50,892 nt of DNA from Candidatus Krumholzibacteriia bacterium. GTDB lineage: Bacteria; Krumholzibacteriota; Krumholzibacteriia; JAJRXK01. This document shows positions 10,349 through 20,239 of the stretch, one piece after another (within the stretch, counting starts at the first letter, position 1; every line of letters starts with the position of its first letter). Below the pieces are notes generated by a model. The model searched no databases, was not told the DNA's origin, and saw only the letters and a program-made list of their open reading frames with translations. The stretch is taken from NCBI GenBank assembly GCA_041484665.1, contig JBGPIA010000025.1:1-50892 (forward strand). Reading direction: 5' to 3'. The translations under genes were made by a program, and so were the position numbers.

Positions 10349-11311
10349 ATGAAGACGCTTTCCCTGTCTCCCGCGCCGGGCCGCGCGTGCCCCCCCGCGC
10401 GCGCTCGAGCTCACCGGCACGAACCCCAGCAGGCACGCACGCCCGCACGCACGACCTCCCGCACGCCCTCACGCCCACACGCGCGCCGGCACGCTGACCT
10501 GTGCGGGCTGATCCTGGGGCTGGCGGCGGCTGGTCTGGCGGCGCTGGGCCTGGCTGCGCCCTTACGAGCCGAGACGCCCGCACCCGACCCCAAGGCGATG
10601 GAGTTGGCCCAGGCCACCCTCGCCGCCATGGGGGGCCAGGAGGCCTGGAACCGCACCCACTACATCGCCTGGAATTTCTTCGGCCACCGCCAGTTGATCT
10701 GGGACAAATGGACCGGCGACGTGCGCATCGAGCTCGACAGCAAGGACGGCGAGCACTACGTGGTCCTGCTGAACGTGAACACGAAGAAGGGCCGGGCGTG
10801 GAAGGCCGGCACCGAGGTGACCGCGCCCGATGATCTCGCCAAGCTGATGGAGCACGGCTACGAGATCTGGATCAACGACAGCTACTGGCTCGTGATGCCC
10901 TACAAGCTGCGCGATCCGGGCGTGACCCTGAAGTACAAGGGCGAGATGGCCATGCAGGATGGTCGCCCCTCCGACTGTCTCGAGCTGACGTTCGACCACG
11001 TGGGCGTCACGCCAGAGAACAAGTACATGGTCTACATCGCCAAGGACTCGCACCTGGTGGAACAATGGGAGTACTTCGAGAAGGCCTCCGACGAGAAGCC
11101 GGCGATGCAGACTCCGTGGCACGATTGGAAGCGCTGTGGCAGCATCATGCTGTCGGGCGATCGCGGCGAGCACAAGCTCAACGACATCTGCGTGTTCGAC
11201 GTCCTGCCGCGTGCCGTGTTCGAGAGCCCGGGGGCGGTCGACCTGAAGAGCATGACTGCGGGCGGTGACGCGGGCGCCAAGGGCGGTGGATCCGGCAGCG
11301 GATCGCGTTGA
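10349..11311 (+). CDS. Secreted hypothetical protein (DUF6503-like)
   Basis: GAGGAGG RBS; signal peptide; AMGGQEAW..WINDSYWLVMPYKLRDPGV..VGVTPENKY. Confidence 0.7.
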   Translation: MKTLSLSPAPGRACPPARARAHRHEPQQARTPARTTSRTPSRPHARRHADLCGLILGLAAAGLAALGLAAPLRAETPAPDPKAMELAQATLAAMGGQEAWNRTHYIAWNFFGHRQLIWDKWTGDVRIELDSKDGEHYVVLLNVNTKKGRAWKAGTEVTAPDDLAKLMEHGYEIWINDSYWLVMPYKLRDPGVTLKYKGEMAMQDGRPSDCLELTFDHVGVTPENKYMVYIAKDSHLVEQWEYFEKASDEKPAMQTPWHDWKRCGSIMLSGDRGEHKLNDICVFDVLPRAVFESPGAVDLKSMTAGGDAGAKGGGSGSGSR

Positions 11312-11580
11312 CGCAGAGCTGGGGCGTCTACCTGCTGCGTTGCGCCGACGGGACGCTGTACTGCGGCGCCACCAACGACCTGCAGCGCCGCGTGGCGCTG
11401 CACCGGACCGGGCGCGCGTCGCGCTACACGCGCGCCCGCCTCCCCGTCGAGATCGTCTACTGGGAGGCCGCCGACGATCGCGGCGCCGCGTTGAGGCGCG
11501 AGGCGCAGATCAAGCGCTGGCCCGCGCCGCGCAAGCGGGCGCTGGCCAAGACCGCAGGCGACGCCGTGTGCGACGCTTGA
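11308..11580 (+). CDS. GIY-YIG nuclease (UPF0213-like)
   Basis: VYLLRCADGTLYCGATNDLQRRVALH..SRYTRARLPV..ALRREAQIK. Confidence 0.9.
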   Translation: MTQSWGVYLLRCADGTLYCGATNDLQRRVALHRTGRASRYTRARLPVEIVYWEAADDRGAALRREAQIKRWPAPRKRALAKTAGDAVCDA

Positions 11581-11666
11581 CCGGAATGCTCTACGCGACG
11601 GTTGACCGGAACGCTCTGTGCTACGGTTGACCGGGACGCCGTGCGCGACGCTTGACCGCGACGCCC
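11561..11666. repeat. Degenerate 25-bp tandem repeat (~4 units, core TTGACCGG)
   Basis: ttgaccggaatgctctacgcgacgg / ttgaccggaacgctctgtgctacgg / ttgaccgggacgccgtgcgcgacgc / ttgaccgcgacgcc. Confidence 0.85.
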
Positions 11667-11692
11667 GCCCGCCGGAGCCGGAGAAACGTACC

Positions 11693-12187
11693 ATGGCCAC
11701 GCCCTATACCCCGATCGTCGGCACGCTCGCGTACGTGCTGTCGCCCGACCGGCGGCAGACGCTGCTCATCCACCGGAACGCGCGCGCCGATGACCAGCAC
11801 CTGGGCAAGTACAACGGCCTGGGCGGGAAGATGCACCGCGACGAGGACGCGATCGCCTGCATCCAGCGTGAGGTGCGCGAGGAGGCCGGCATCGAGTGCG
11901 TCGAGCTGGCGCTGCGCGGCACAATCAACTGGACTGGTTTCGGACCCGCAGCCGAGGACTGGCTCGGGTTCATCTTCCGGATTGACCGCTTCGCCGGGCA
12001 GCCCCTGCAGCGCAACGAGGAGGGCGAGCTGGGGTGGCATCCCATCGACAAGCTCCACGAGCTCCCCATGTGGTACGGCGACCGCCACTTCCTGCCCCTG
12101 GTGTTCGACGATGACCCCCGCTGCTTCCACGGCTACATGCCCTACGAAGGCGAGCGCGTGCTGGGCTGGCACTACGTACGGATCTGA
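11693..12187 (+). CDS. Nudix hydrolase, 8-oxo-dGTP diphosphatase-like
   Basis: GKYNGLGGKM..REVREEAG Nudix box; LPMWYGDRHF. Confidence 0.9.
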   Translation: MATPYTPIVGTLAYVLSPDRRQTLLIHRNARADDQHLGKYNGLGGKMHRDEDAIACIQREVREEAGIECVELALRGTINWTGFGPAAEDWLGFIFRIDRFAGQPLQRNEEGELGWHPIDKLHELPMWYGDRHFLPLVFDDDPRCFHGYMPYEGERVLGWHYVRI

Positions 12188-12440
12188 AGGAGGACCGGCG
12201 CGAGGAACGCAACCGCTGCCTGCTGCGCCGCGATCCAAGGGAGGATCCGACGGGGGAGGCGATCGCGGAGCCGAACGAGGAGGCGGCTCGGTCCCTTGGT
12301 CCTTCACGCACAGCAGGTTCCGCAGCCGCCGGCTGGGCTGCGCGCCCGCCTGCGGGCTCATGGACGCCACCCCGGCCGGCCCCCCTCCCGTGCAAACACC
12401 CTTGCCATCGGCCCGCACCTTGCTCATCATGTTTGCCACC

Positions 12441-12785
12441 ATGGACGCCACGCTCACCCGGGTCTGCTCGATCCAGAGGCTGAGGACGTCGGGCGCGCAG
12501 CGGTTCTTCGCGACCTTCGCCTTGGTGCTGCTCTTCCTGAGCGGCCCCGTCCACGTCTGGCACCACACCGCGGGCAAGCAGGCCGCGGGCGGTCGGGGCG
12601 GGGAGGGCGGCCAGTGCGTCCCCTGCTCCACCTTCCACAACCTGTTCTTCGACCGGACCTGCGGCCTGGAGATCGGCGCCCCGCTGATCTGCCTGGGCAC
12701 GCTCGCGCCCGCGAGCGCCGTCGCCCCGGCGGCCGTCAGCCCGATCCTCCCGCCCTCCCGCGCACCTCCCTGCGCCTCGGCCTGA
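12441..12785 (+). CDS. DUF2946/CruR-like small leader protein (TM, His cluster, CxxC, C-terminal RAPP)
   Basis: ..FFATFALVLLFLSGPVHVWHH..QCVPC..PILPPSRAPPCASA*; lies directly upstream of a metal-uptake operon; start uncertain. Confidence 0.75.
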   Translation: MDATLTRVCSIQRLRTSGAQRFFATFALVLLFLSGPVHVWHHTAGKQAAGGRGGEGGQCVPCSTFHNLFFDRTCGLEIGAPLICLGTLAPASAVAPAAVSPILPPSRAPPCASA

Positions 12786-12987
12786 GGCCTTCGCACCGCG
12801 GCTTCTGCGCCCCGGGCGCTTGAAGCGTCGCGCGCCATCCCCTAGCGCGCCTCCGGTTCGCGAACGAGCCTCGGCCTCCCGTTGCCATCAGCGCCGATGG
12901 GCGCGGCCATGACCGTTTCCACGGAAGCGGCAGCCGCTGCGCTTCGGCACGGGAACGAACCATCGAGGGCATGGAGGTCATGCGCAC

Positions 12988-14148
12988 ATGGTACGACGCA
13001 ATCTGTTGCTGGCGGCGCTCGTGATGAGCGTCGGCGCCGGAGTTTGTTGGTTTGCGCCGGCGCGGGCCGGCGTGGTGAACCCGGATATCTCGGTGCTCGG
13101 ACAGCCGATCGCGCATTGGACGAACGACAAGCTGGACCCCGAGCACGGGCGTATCCGCTTCGATCCTGGCGAGACCGAAATGGTGTTCGATGCCTACCTG
13201 AATCCCTACGCCAAGGGCTTCTTCACGCTGTCGTTGAGCGCGGATGGACTAGAGCTTGAAGAAGGCTACTTCAGCCTGCTGCGCGGGCTGCCCTGGGGGC
13301 TGAACCTCAAGGGCGGCAAGTGGCGAGCGGGGTTCGGCAAGCTCAATCCACTGCATCCACACGCGTATCCCTTCGCCGAGCGCTTCCGGGTGCTCGCGAC
13401 GTACCTGCCCGGCGAAGAGGCGCTCAACGAGACAGGCGTGGAGCTTTCCGAACGCATTCCGATGCCGGGGGAGCTCGCCCTGACCGCCTATGCGGACTGG
13501 CTGCAGGGCGATACGTTTCGTCGCGCGCGCGAAGCCAGTGCGGCTCCCGATGATCCGCTCGCGACGGATGCACAGGCCGACCACGCTTCGGAGTCACGCC
13601 CGGCGGCGCTGGGCCGTCTGAGCATGTTCGCTCCGCTGGGCGATCGCTCGGGGCTCGAGCTCGGAGTGTCGGGAACGCACGGGACCAACAACGTCGCCGC
13701 CGGCACGCGCACCACGGTCTGGGGCAGCGACGTGAAGGCAAAGCTGTGGAACTCGCCGAACTCGTACCTGCTGCTGCAGGGCGAGGCGCTGCTGATGCAT
13801 CGCCAGGATGCCGGCTGGGCCGAGGCCGTCGGCTATACGAGCACCTCAGTCGACCCATTCGGTTTCTACGCGTTCGCCGACTACAACTTCAAGATCCGCT
13901 ACGACGTGGGCGCGTCGTATGAGCGCTATCAGCAGCCAACGCAGGACAAGACCTGGGACCAGGCCTTCGGCGCGTTCGCGGGGCTGGCGCTCATGGAGGA
14001 GACCACTGTTTTCCGTCTCAGCTGGGAGCATTTCAAGCCCGGCGCGGGCGATGTCGCCGGGGGCGGCACCGCCAACCCGGACGCGATCGACACGATCTGG
14101 CTGCGCGTCATCTACTCCATGGGGCCGCACAAGGCCCATCAGTTCTAG
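12988..14148 (+). CDS. Outer-membrane beta-barrel/porin associated with metal uptake
   Basis: Signal peptide, NPDISV, FGKLNPLHPH, C-terminal GPHKAHQF; GGAGG RBS. Confidence 0.75.
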   Translation: MVRRNLLLAALVMSVGAGVCWFAPARAGVVNPDISVLGQPIAHWTNDKLDPEHGRIRFDPGETEMVFDAYLNPYAKGFFTLSLSADGLELEEGYFSLLRGLPWGLNLKGGKWRAGFGKLNPLHPHAYPFAERFRVLATYLPGEEALNETGVELSERIPMPGELALTAYADWLQGDTFRRAREASAAPDDPLATDAQADHASESRPAALGRLSMFAPLGDRSGLELGVSGTHGTNNVAAGTRTTVWGSDVKAKLWNSPNSYLLLQGEALLMHRQDAGWAEAVGYTSTSVDPFGFYAFADYNFKIRYDVGASYERYQQPTQDKTWDQAFGAFAGLALMEETTVFRLSWEHFKPGAGDVAGGGTANPDAIDTIWLRVIYSMGPHKAHQF

Positions 14149-14159
14149 GAGGCCACGTC

Positions 14160-15113
14160 ATGAGAAACCCGTTGTACATCCGATTGCCGGGTGGCGCGCT
14201 CATCGTGCTGGCGGCCGCTCTGTGCGGCGCGCTGGCCCTGGGCCCAGTGCCCGCGCTTGCCAAGGTGAAGGTGGCGGCGTCGATCACGGATCTCGGCTCG
14301 ATCGCCGCCAGCGTGGGGGGCGATCAGGTGGAGGTCGTCTCGATCGCGCGGTCCAACGCCGATCCGCATCGCGTCGAGGTGCTGCCATCGTACATGGTGC
14401 GCGTCTCGAAGGCGCAGGTGTACCTGAAGGTCGGATTGGGGCTGGATCAATGGGCTGACCAGATCATCGACGGTTCACGCAACGACAAGATCGTGATCGT
14501 CGACTGTGGGCAGGAGGTCGCCGTGCTGGACAAGCCCACGGGCAAGGTCGACGCATCGCAGGGCGATGTCCATCCCAACGGCAATCCCCACTACTGGCTC
14601 GATCCCCACAATGGGGCCATCGTGGCCCGCGAGATCGCCGAGGGACTCTCCAAGGTGGACCCCGCCCATGCCGTGGACTTCGCCGCGCGGGCTGCGGCAT
14701 TCGGCAAGGAGGTGGAAGCCTCCGCGACGCGCGGAGCGGAGCTCCTGAAGAGCTTACCCGTGCGTACGATCCTGACGTATCACGCCTCCTGGGTGTACCT
14801 GGCCCACGCCTTCGGCCTGGAGATCGCCGGTACTGTCGAGCCGGTGCCGGGCATCCCGCCCACGGGCCGGCATCTGCAGGAGCTCGTGGACGTCGTGAAG
14901 GGGCGCAACATCCAGGTGCTGTTGCAGGAGCCCTACTTCTCCCAGGAAGCGGGCGGGTTCCTGGCGCGCGAGGCGGGGGTGCGCCCGGTGACCGCCTCGG
15001 CCTCCTGCGACGCGGCGGAGGCAGGAAGCTACCTCGCACATATCGAGCGGGTGCTGCAGATGATCGCGGGCAGCGGGGCTTCGGGCGGCGGCGCATCGTC
15101 CAGCGGGCGCTGA
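14160..15113 (+). CDS. Metal ABC transporter substrate-binding protein (ZnuA/TroA family)
   Basis: DPHRVE, GDVHPNGNPHYWLDP, TYHASWVY, EPVPGIPPT. Confidence 0.92.
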   Translation: MRNPLYIRLPGGALIVLAAALCGALALGPVPALAKVKVAASITDLGSIAASVGGDQVEVVSIARSNADPHRVEVLPSYMVRVSKAQVYLKVGLGLDQWADQIIDGSRNDKIVIVDCGQEVAVLDKPTGKVDASQGDVHPNGNPHYWLDPHNGAIVAREIAEGLSKVDPAHAVDFAARAAAFGKEVEASATRGAELLKSLPVRTILTYHASWVYLAHAFGLEIAGTVEPVPGIPPTGRHLQELVDVVKGRNIQVLLQEPYFSQEAGGFLAREAGVRPVTASASCDAAEAGSYLAHIERVLQMIAGSGASGGGASSSGR

Positions 15114-15318
15114 TGCGACGCCTTGGGCGAGGCGCCCACGGCAGCTCGTCTGCCGCGGCGCCCCGCCACCCGGCGTTCGAACTTTGCACAAGCGCGCAAA
15201 GGCGCGCTGGGTGGTCGATGGTCATGCAGGCGCAGGCGGGCAGGTTCCGCCGCGCCAGGACACGCGCGCAGGCGCGGGAAAGCCCGGTGACGGCGGGCTA
15301 CGCATCGAGGAGATGACG

Positions 15319-16152
15319 ATGTTTGATGCCTTTGCTCTGCCCTTCTTCCGGGTCGCCCTCATCGCGAGCCTGGTCCTGGCGGGGATCCATGCGTACCTGG
15401 GGTTCCACATCGTGCGCCGCGGGGTGATCTTCGTGGACCTCGCCCTGGCCCAGATGGCGGCGCTGGGAGTGGCGCTGGCGGTAATCCTCAACAAGCACGA
15501 AGACCCGACTACCACCTATCTGATGGCGCTCTCCATGACGTTCGTCGGGGCGGCGAGCTTTGCATGGCTGCGCGGGCGGGCGCGCAGCGTCCCGCTGGAG
15601 GCCTTCATCGGGATCATCTTCGCCACGGCGCAGGCGTTGGTGTTCCTCGTGCTGGAGAAGAGCCCGTCGGGGCCCGAGCACCTCAAGGAGACGCTGGTCG
15701 GGACGCTGTTCACCATCTCACCGGACCACGTCCTCAAGACCGCCGTGCTCTACGCGGTGATCGGCTTCCTGCACTTCCTGATGCGCAAGCCACTGTTCGA
15801 GATCACCAACGATCCGCAGGGCGCGCACGCGGGCGGACGCAGGATCTTCCTGTGGGACTTCTTGTTCTACGGGACGTTCGGCTTCGTGGTGACGTCCTCC
15901 GTACAGATTGCCGGGGTACTGCTGGTGTTCGGGTTCCTGGTGATCCCTGCGGTGGCGGGCCTGATGACGACCTCGCGTCCGGGGCTCGCGCTGGCCGTGG
16001 GCTGGATCTTCGGGTTCACGGGCAGCCTGATCGGGCTGGTGGCATCGGTCCAACTGGACTTCCCGGCCGCCCCAACGATCCTGGTGGCGCTGTCGACGCT
16101 GCTGGCGCTGCTGGGCGTCGGGTTGGCGATCAAGCGCAGGGCGGCGGCCTGA
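15319..16152 (+). CDS. Metal ABC transporter permease (ABC-3/ZnuB family)
   Basis: HAYLGFHIVRRGVIFVDLALAQ, SSVQIAGVLLVFGFLVIPA; multiple TM helices; GAGGAG RBS. Confidence 0.9.
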   Translation: MFDAFALPFFRVALIASLVLAGIHAYLGFHIVRRGVIFVDLALAQMAALGVALAVILNKHEDPTTTYLMALSMTFVGAASFAWLRGRARSVPLEAFIGIIFATAQALVFLVLEKSPSGPEHLKETLVGTLFTISPDHVLKTAVLYAVIGFLHFLMRKPLFEITNDPQGAHAGGRRIFLWDFLFYGTFGFVVTSSVQIAGVLLVFGFLVIPAVAGLMTTSRPGLALAVGWIFGFTGSLIGLVASVQLDFPAAPTILVALSTLLALLGVGLAIKRRAAA

Positions 16153-16268
16153 TTCCGAAGCTCCTGGCAGCTTGGTCCGCGGCGTGCGCACGTTCGCGGG
16201 CACCGGGCGCACCGGACGCGCGGGCAGCGAACGGCGCTTTGACGCGAGCTGCTGCTTCGACGGCGCCG

Positions 16269-16862
16269 TCAGCGGTAGCCCGTGCGCAACGACTGGGCGG
16301 GCAACACGACGCGCAGGCGCGTGCGGCCGTCCTGCTGCAGCAGGAACCGCCCGCCCAGGCTCGCTCCCTCGCCCTGGCCGCCCGCGAAGCGCAGCGATTC
16401 GGGGACGACGGCGCCCTGCAGCGGGCCCGTCGGACTGTTCCAGGTCCACGTCCCGCCTTCGAGCGCGGGCTGCGGATCGACGGTCACGGTGAGACGCAGA
16501 TCGAGCTTGCCACCACCCGGGCCTTCGAAGAGCACGGTGGCCTGGGTCCGGTAACCGTCGCGGGTGCCCTGGAAGGAGGTCAACTCCAGTGCAACCTTTC
16601 GCCACCCGGTCTGCGTAGCTTCTTCCACCTGGGCGTGCGAGCGGGCGCACCCGGCCAGGCCGGGAGCGACCATGCCAGCGGCGGCGATGCCAGCAGCGGC
16701 CATGCCGCCGACGGTCGCCCCGCCGGCGACCGCCAGCCAGGCCAGGGTCGCGATCCGGGCGACGACCCGCGGGATCCGCGTCCTGCGCATGGCGCCCGGG
16801 AGGCTTGGCCCGCGCCTCGCGCACCGCGCGCGCGATGGAACAGCAAGGGAGCGGCCGGCCAT
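16269..16862 (-). CDS. Hypothetical lipoprotein
   Basis: AAGGA RBS; hydrophobic stretch ending in lipobox LAGC; beta-rich body. Confidence 0.55.
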   Translation of the reverse strand: MAGRSLAVPSRARCARRGPSLPGAMRRTRIPRVVARIATLAWLAVAGGATVGGMAAAGIAAAGMVAPGLAGCARSHAQVEEATQTGWRKVALELTSFQGTRDGYRTQATVLFEGPGGGKLDLRLTVTVDPQPALEGGTWTWNSPTGPLQGAVVPESLRFAGGQGEGASLGGRFLLQQDGRTRLRVVLPAQSLRTGYR

Positions 16863-17241
16863 GATTCCTTCCTTCTGCAACCCTTTCCGTTGCGACCGGG
16901 AGCTTGCCGGCTCGATGTTCGGCCTCTCCGGGTTTGGCGACTCCGCGCCGGCCAGCTCCCCGCTGGGCGCTTCCAGGCTTTGCGACTTCGCGCCCGGCGA
17001 CTGCACGCCGTGCGACTCTACCATCGGTGCCCGGCGCCGTCTCTTCGGCGCTTGCGCCGCCGGCGCCTGCGCGCCAAGCTCTCCGCGAGTTTGATTCCCT
17101 CAAGCCGAGTCGGGCGATGACCGCCCCGCGCTCTCCCGCAGCCCGCGGGAGGGGCGCGGGGCGCCGCTGCGCGTGCGCCATGGTGCGCCGGGAGCGCGTT
17201 CCTCGTCCCCTGCGAGCCGGGCATGCCCCAAGGAGGTTGTG

Positions 17242-17799
17242 ATGATCCTGCTCCTGATCGTGTTGGGTGTGATCGTGGTCGTTGCGATGACCCTCATCGG
17301 GCTGTACAACGGCCTGGTCCAACTACGCCAGCTGGTGCGCAGCGCGTGGAGCCAGATCGACGTGCAGCTCAAGCGCCGCTACGACCTCATCCCCAACCTG
17401 GTGGAGACCGTCAAGGGTTACGCGGCCCACGAGCGCGAGACGCTCGAGCGCGTGGTGCAGGCACGCAACGCGGCCATGGCCGCCTCGGGCGCCGGACAGC
17501 AGGGCGCCGCCGAAGGCATGCTGACCGGCGCGTTGCGGCAGCTCTTCGCGCTGTCAGAGCGCTATCCCGACCTCAAGGCGAACCAGAACTTCCTGGCGCT
17601 GCAGGAGGAGCTGACCAGCACCGAGAACAAGGTGGGCTTCGCGCGGCAGCACTACAACGACGTGGTCGCGGGCTACAACACGCGCGTCCAGAGCTTCCCG
17701 GCCGTGCTCTTCGCCGGGGCGCTGGGGTTCACCAAGGAGGAGTTCTTCGAGATCCACGAGGCGGCGGAGCGCGAGGCGCCCAAGGTCAAGTTCACGTAG
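17242..17799 (+). CDS. lemA: LemA family protein
   Basis: YNGLV..WSQIDVQLKRRYDLIPNLVETVKGYAAHE..YPDLKANQNF. Confidence 0.95.
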   Translation: MILLLIVLGVIVVVAMTLIGLYNGLVQLRQLVRSAWSQIDVQLKRRYDLIPNLVETVKGYAAHERETLERVVQARNAAMAASGAGQQGAAEGMLTGALRQLFALSERYPDLKANQNFLALQEELTSTENKVGFARQHYNDVVAGYNTRVQSFPAVLFAGALGFTKEEFFEIHEAAEREAPKVKFT

Positions 17800-17890
17800 G
17801 CCGGCCCAGCGTACGGATGACGCGGGGCCGGCCGGCGGCCCCGCGGATGAGCCCCGCGGTTGGGCCCCGCGGATGAGCTGCGGGGTGACC
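17800..17890. repeat. REP-like GC-rich palindromic repeats
   Basis: GGCCCCGCGGATGAGC occurs twice, with ccccgcgg/gcgggg inverted arms. Confidence 0.5.
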
Positions 17891-17971
17891 GCGCGGCTGG
17901 TGTCATGGGCCACGGCCGGCACGCGCCCCCGTAGCACCCGGGAGAGTCCGAGAGCACCCAGGAGCATCGCG

Positions 17972-18976
17972 ATGCCCAAGACCTTCCATGACCTGATCGA
18001 ACACAATCGACGCGAGTCGGCGCTGTTGATCGGGGCGTTCCTGTTCCTGCTGACGCTGACGGTGTACTGCTTCGCGTTGGTCGTCACGCGCCAAGACCTG
18101 CGGTCGGGCATCGCGCCGGCAGCGATCGCGCTGGGTGCGGGCGTGCTGCTGGCGCTGTGGAGCTACTACTCCGGATCCTCGGCGCTGCTCGCCATGAGCC
18201 AAGCGCGCGAGATTCGCAAGCAGGACGACCCACAGCTGTGGAACGTCATCGAGGAGATGGCGATTGCGGCGGGGATCCCCATGCCGCGCGTCTACCTGAT
18301 CGACGACACGGCCATGAACGCCTTCGCCACCGGGCGCGACCCGCAGCACGCCGCCGTCGCCATCACGAAGGGGCTGCGCGACCGCCTGAACCGCGACGAG
18401 CTGCAGGGCGTGCTCGCCCACGAGCTCAGCCACGTCCGCAATTACGACATCCGCTTCTCGATGATGCTGGCGGTGATGGTGGGGTTCCTGGTGCTCCTGG
18501 CGGACGTCTTCCGCAGGTGGATGTGGTGGGGAGGCGGGCGGCGCTCGTCGCGCTCGCGGGGCAGCGGGACCGGTCCCTTGATCGCGGTGGTGGCGGTGCT
18601 CGCCATCGTGCTGGCGATCATCGCGCCGGTGCTGGCCAAGCTGATCCAACTGGCCGCCTCGCGCCAGCGCGAGTACCTGGCCGACGCATCGGGCGTGGAG
18701 CTGACGCGCAATCCGGAAGGACTGGCCTCGGCGCTCGAGAAGCTGGCCAGCGACACCGAGGTGCTGGAGGTCGCCAACCGCGCCACCCAGCACCTCTACA
18801 TCGTCAATCCGTTCCGGCCCTTCGAGACGCGGGCGAAGGGGCTATTGATGACCCATCCGCCGCTGCGCGACCGGATCGCGCGGCTGCGGGGGCTGATGGG
18901 CGGCAGCCCTGCGGGCGGATCGCCGCGCACAGGCGGTGCGCCCTTGGCCGATGGCCCGCGTCCGACCGCGGACTAA
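17972..18976 (+). CDS. htpX: M48 zinc metalloprotease, HtpX-like
   Basis: NAFATGR, HELSH (HExxH), SRQREYLAD, THPP; follows lemA. Confidence 0.92.
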   Translation: MPKTFHDLIEHNRRESALLIGAFLFLLTLTVYCFALVVTRQDLRSGIAPAAIALGAGVLLALWSYYSGSSALLAMSQAREIRKQDDPQLWNVIEEMAIAAGIPMPRVYLIDDTAMNAFATGRDPQHAAVAITKGLRDRLNRDELQGVLAHELSHVRNYDIRFSMMLAVMVGFLVLLADVFRRWMWWGGGRRSSRSRGSGTGPLIAVVAVLAIVLAIIAPVLAKLIQLAASRQREYLADASGVELTRNPEGLASALEKLASDTEVLEVANRATQHLYIVNPFRPFETRAKGLLMTHPPLRDRIARLRGLMGGSPAGGSPRTGGAPLADGPRPTAD

Positions 18977-19006
18977 CGCCGCTGAACCCCACCCAGCGCC
19001 GGCGCG

Positions 19007-19603
19007 TTACTTTCCTTCGACCAGCATCTTGAAGGCTGCCAGCGCCTTCGTCGTCTCGGCCGCCACCAACTTGGCGGTGGCATCGACGGTGTCCAGTTTG
19101 TCGTCGCTGTAGCGGTCGACGAAAGTGAGCCGGGTGCTGCCCGAAGCCGTCGCCTCGAGCTTGACCTGCTTGTGGCACAAGTAGCTGCCGTTCTCGGGCT
19201 CCCAGCTGACGCGCAGCTCCTTGCCGGGGACCGCCATCGTGCACACGAGCACGCCGTTGTCCTGCCAGACCGAAGCCGCTACCGTGTCCCCCACATGCTC
19301 CAGGCGCTTGGCCTTGGCCTTGGTCTTGAACCCGCCCAGGGCGCAGAAGCCCTCAGCCGAACAGAGTTTCTGCCAGACGTCGGCCGCCGGCTTGGCCAGC
19401 TCGAGGGTGGAGTCGAAGCGCACGAGCGCAGTCTTCTTGTACGCTGGGTCAGCCGCTTGGGCCAGCGCAGCGCCCAACGCGGGTACGACCAGCAGGCTCG
19501 CGCAGCTGGCAGCGGCGCCGGCGAGCGCTCTGCGCGATCGGGCCACAACTCGCCGGAAACGCATCGAAGGCACTGGCCGACGGTGGAAAGCAGGGAATCG
19601 CAT
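19007..19603 (-). CDS. Secreted SRPBCC-domain protein
   Basis: AAGGAGG RBS; signal peptide; PAADVWQKL..PGKELRVSWEP..C-terminal helix. Confidence 0.65.
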   Translation of the reverse strand: MRFPAFHRRPVPSMRFRRVVARSRRALAGAAASCASLLVVPALGAALAQAADPAYKKTALVRFDSTLELAKPAADVWQKLCSAEGFCALGGFKTKAKAKRLEHVGDTVAASVWQDNGVLVCTMAVPGKELRVSWEPENGSYLCHKQVKLEATASGSTRLTFVDRYSDDKLDTVDATAKLVAAETTKALAAFKMLVEGK

Positions 19604-19699
19604 GAGAACCTCCTTGGATGAACAGAACGGCGTGGTGGTAGTCTCGCGCAGCCTGCCGCCGGCAGCGAGCGCGGTCCACCGGCGCGGGAGGCGACCGAG

Positions 19700-20026
19700 G
19701 TGAGCCACTTCACGGACTACAGGACGCAGGTTGGCTCCGACGCCGACAGGTTCTTCAAAACGACGCTGTTCGCCAGCGAGCGCCTGCTGCTTGGACTGAA
19801 TTGCCTCGAGCCGGGACAGGCGCAAAAACTGCATGACCATGCAGGCCAAGACAAGTTCTACTTCGTGATCGAGGGCGTCGCGGAGTTCGTGGTCGGCTCC
19901 GAGCAGCGCGTCACCGGCCCGGGCACGGTGGTATGGGCCCCCACCGGGACCCCGCACGGCGTGACCAACCACGGCGCGGTGCAGCTCGTGCTGCTGGTCG
20001 GCATCGCGCCGGCGCCGGCACGATAG
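19700..20026 (+). CDS. Cupin-domain protein
   Basis: LEPGQAQKLHDH..DKFYFVIEG..PHGVTN. Confidence 0.9.
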   Translation: MSHFTDYRTQVGSDADRFFKTTLFASERLLLGLNCLEPGQAQKLHDHAGQDKFYFVIEGVAEFVVGSEQRVTGPGTVVWAPTGTPHGVTNHGAVQLVLLVGIAPAPAR

Positions 20027-20239
20027 GCGGAGCGCTCCAGAACACGGCACGGGCGGGGCCCCTCGTGCGGGAATGCATGGACGCAACCGTGCGTGCGGCA
20101 ACACCCCCGCCGGGCAGGACGTGCGGGAGCGCAGGCACGACACAGGCCGCGCGGAAACGCAGGCGCCGCACGCCGCGCGGGAACGCTTGTCGCCGTCACA
20201 GCCTTGGATTCGACAGCGATTTCCTCCACGGAGGTTCCG

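Noticed and set aside
11561..11666. CRISPR array
   Set aside because: Period is only 25 bp, the 'spacers' resemble each other, and no cas genes are present.
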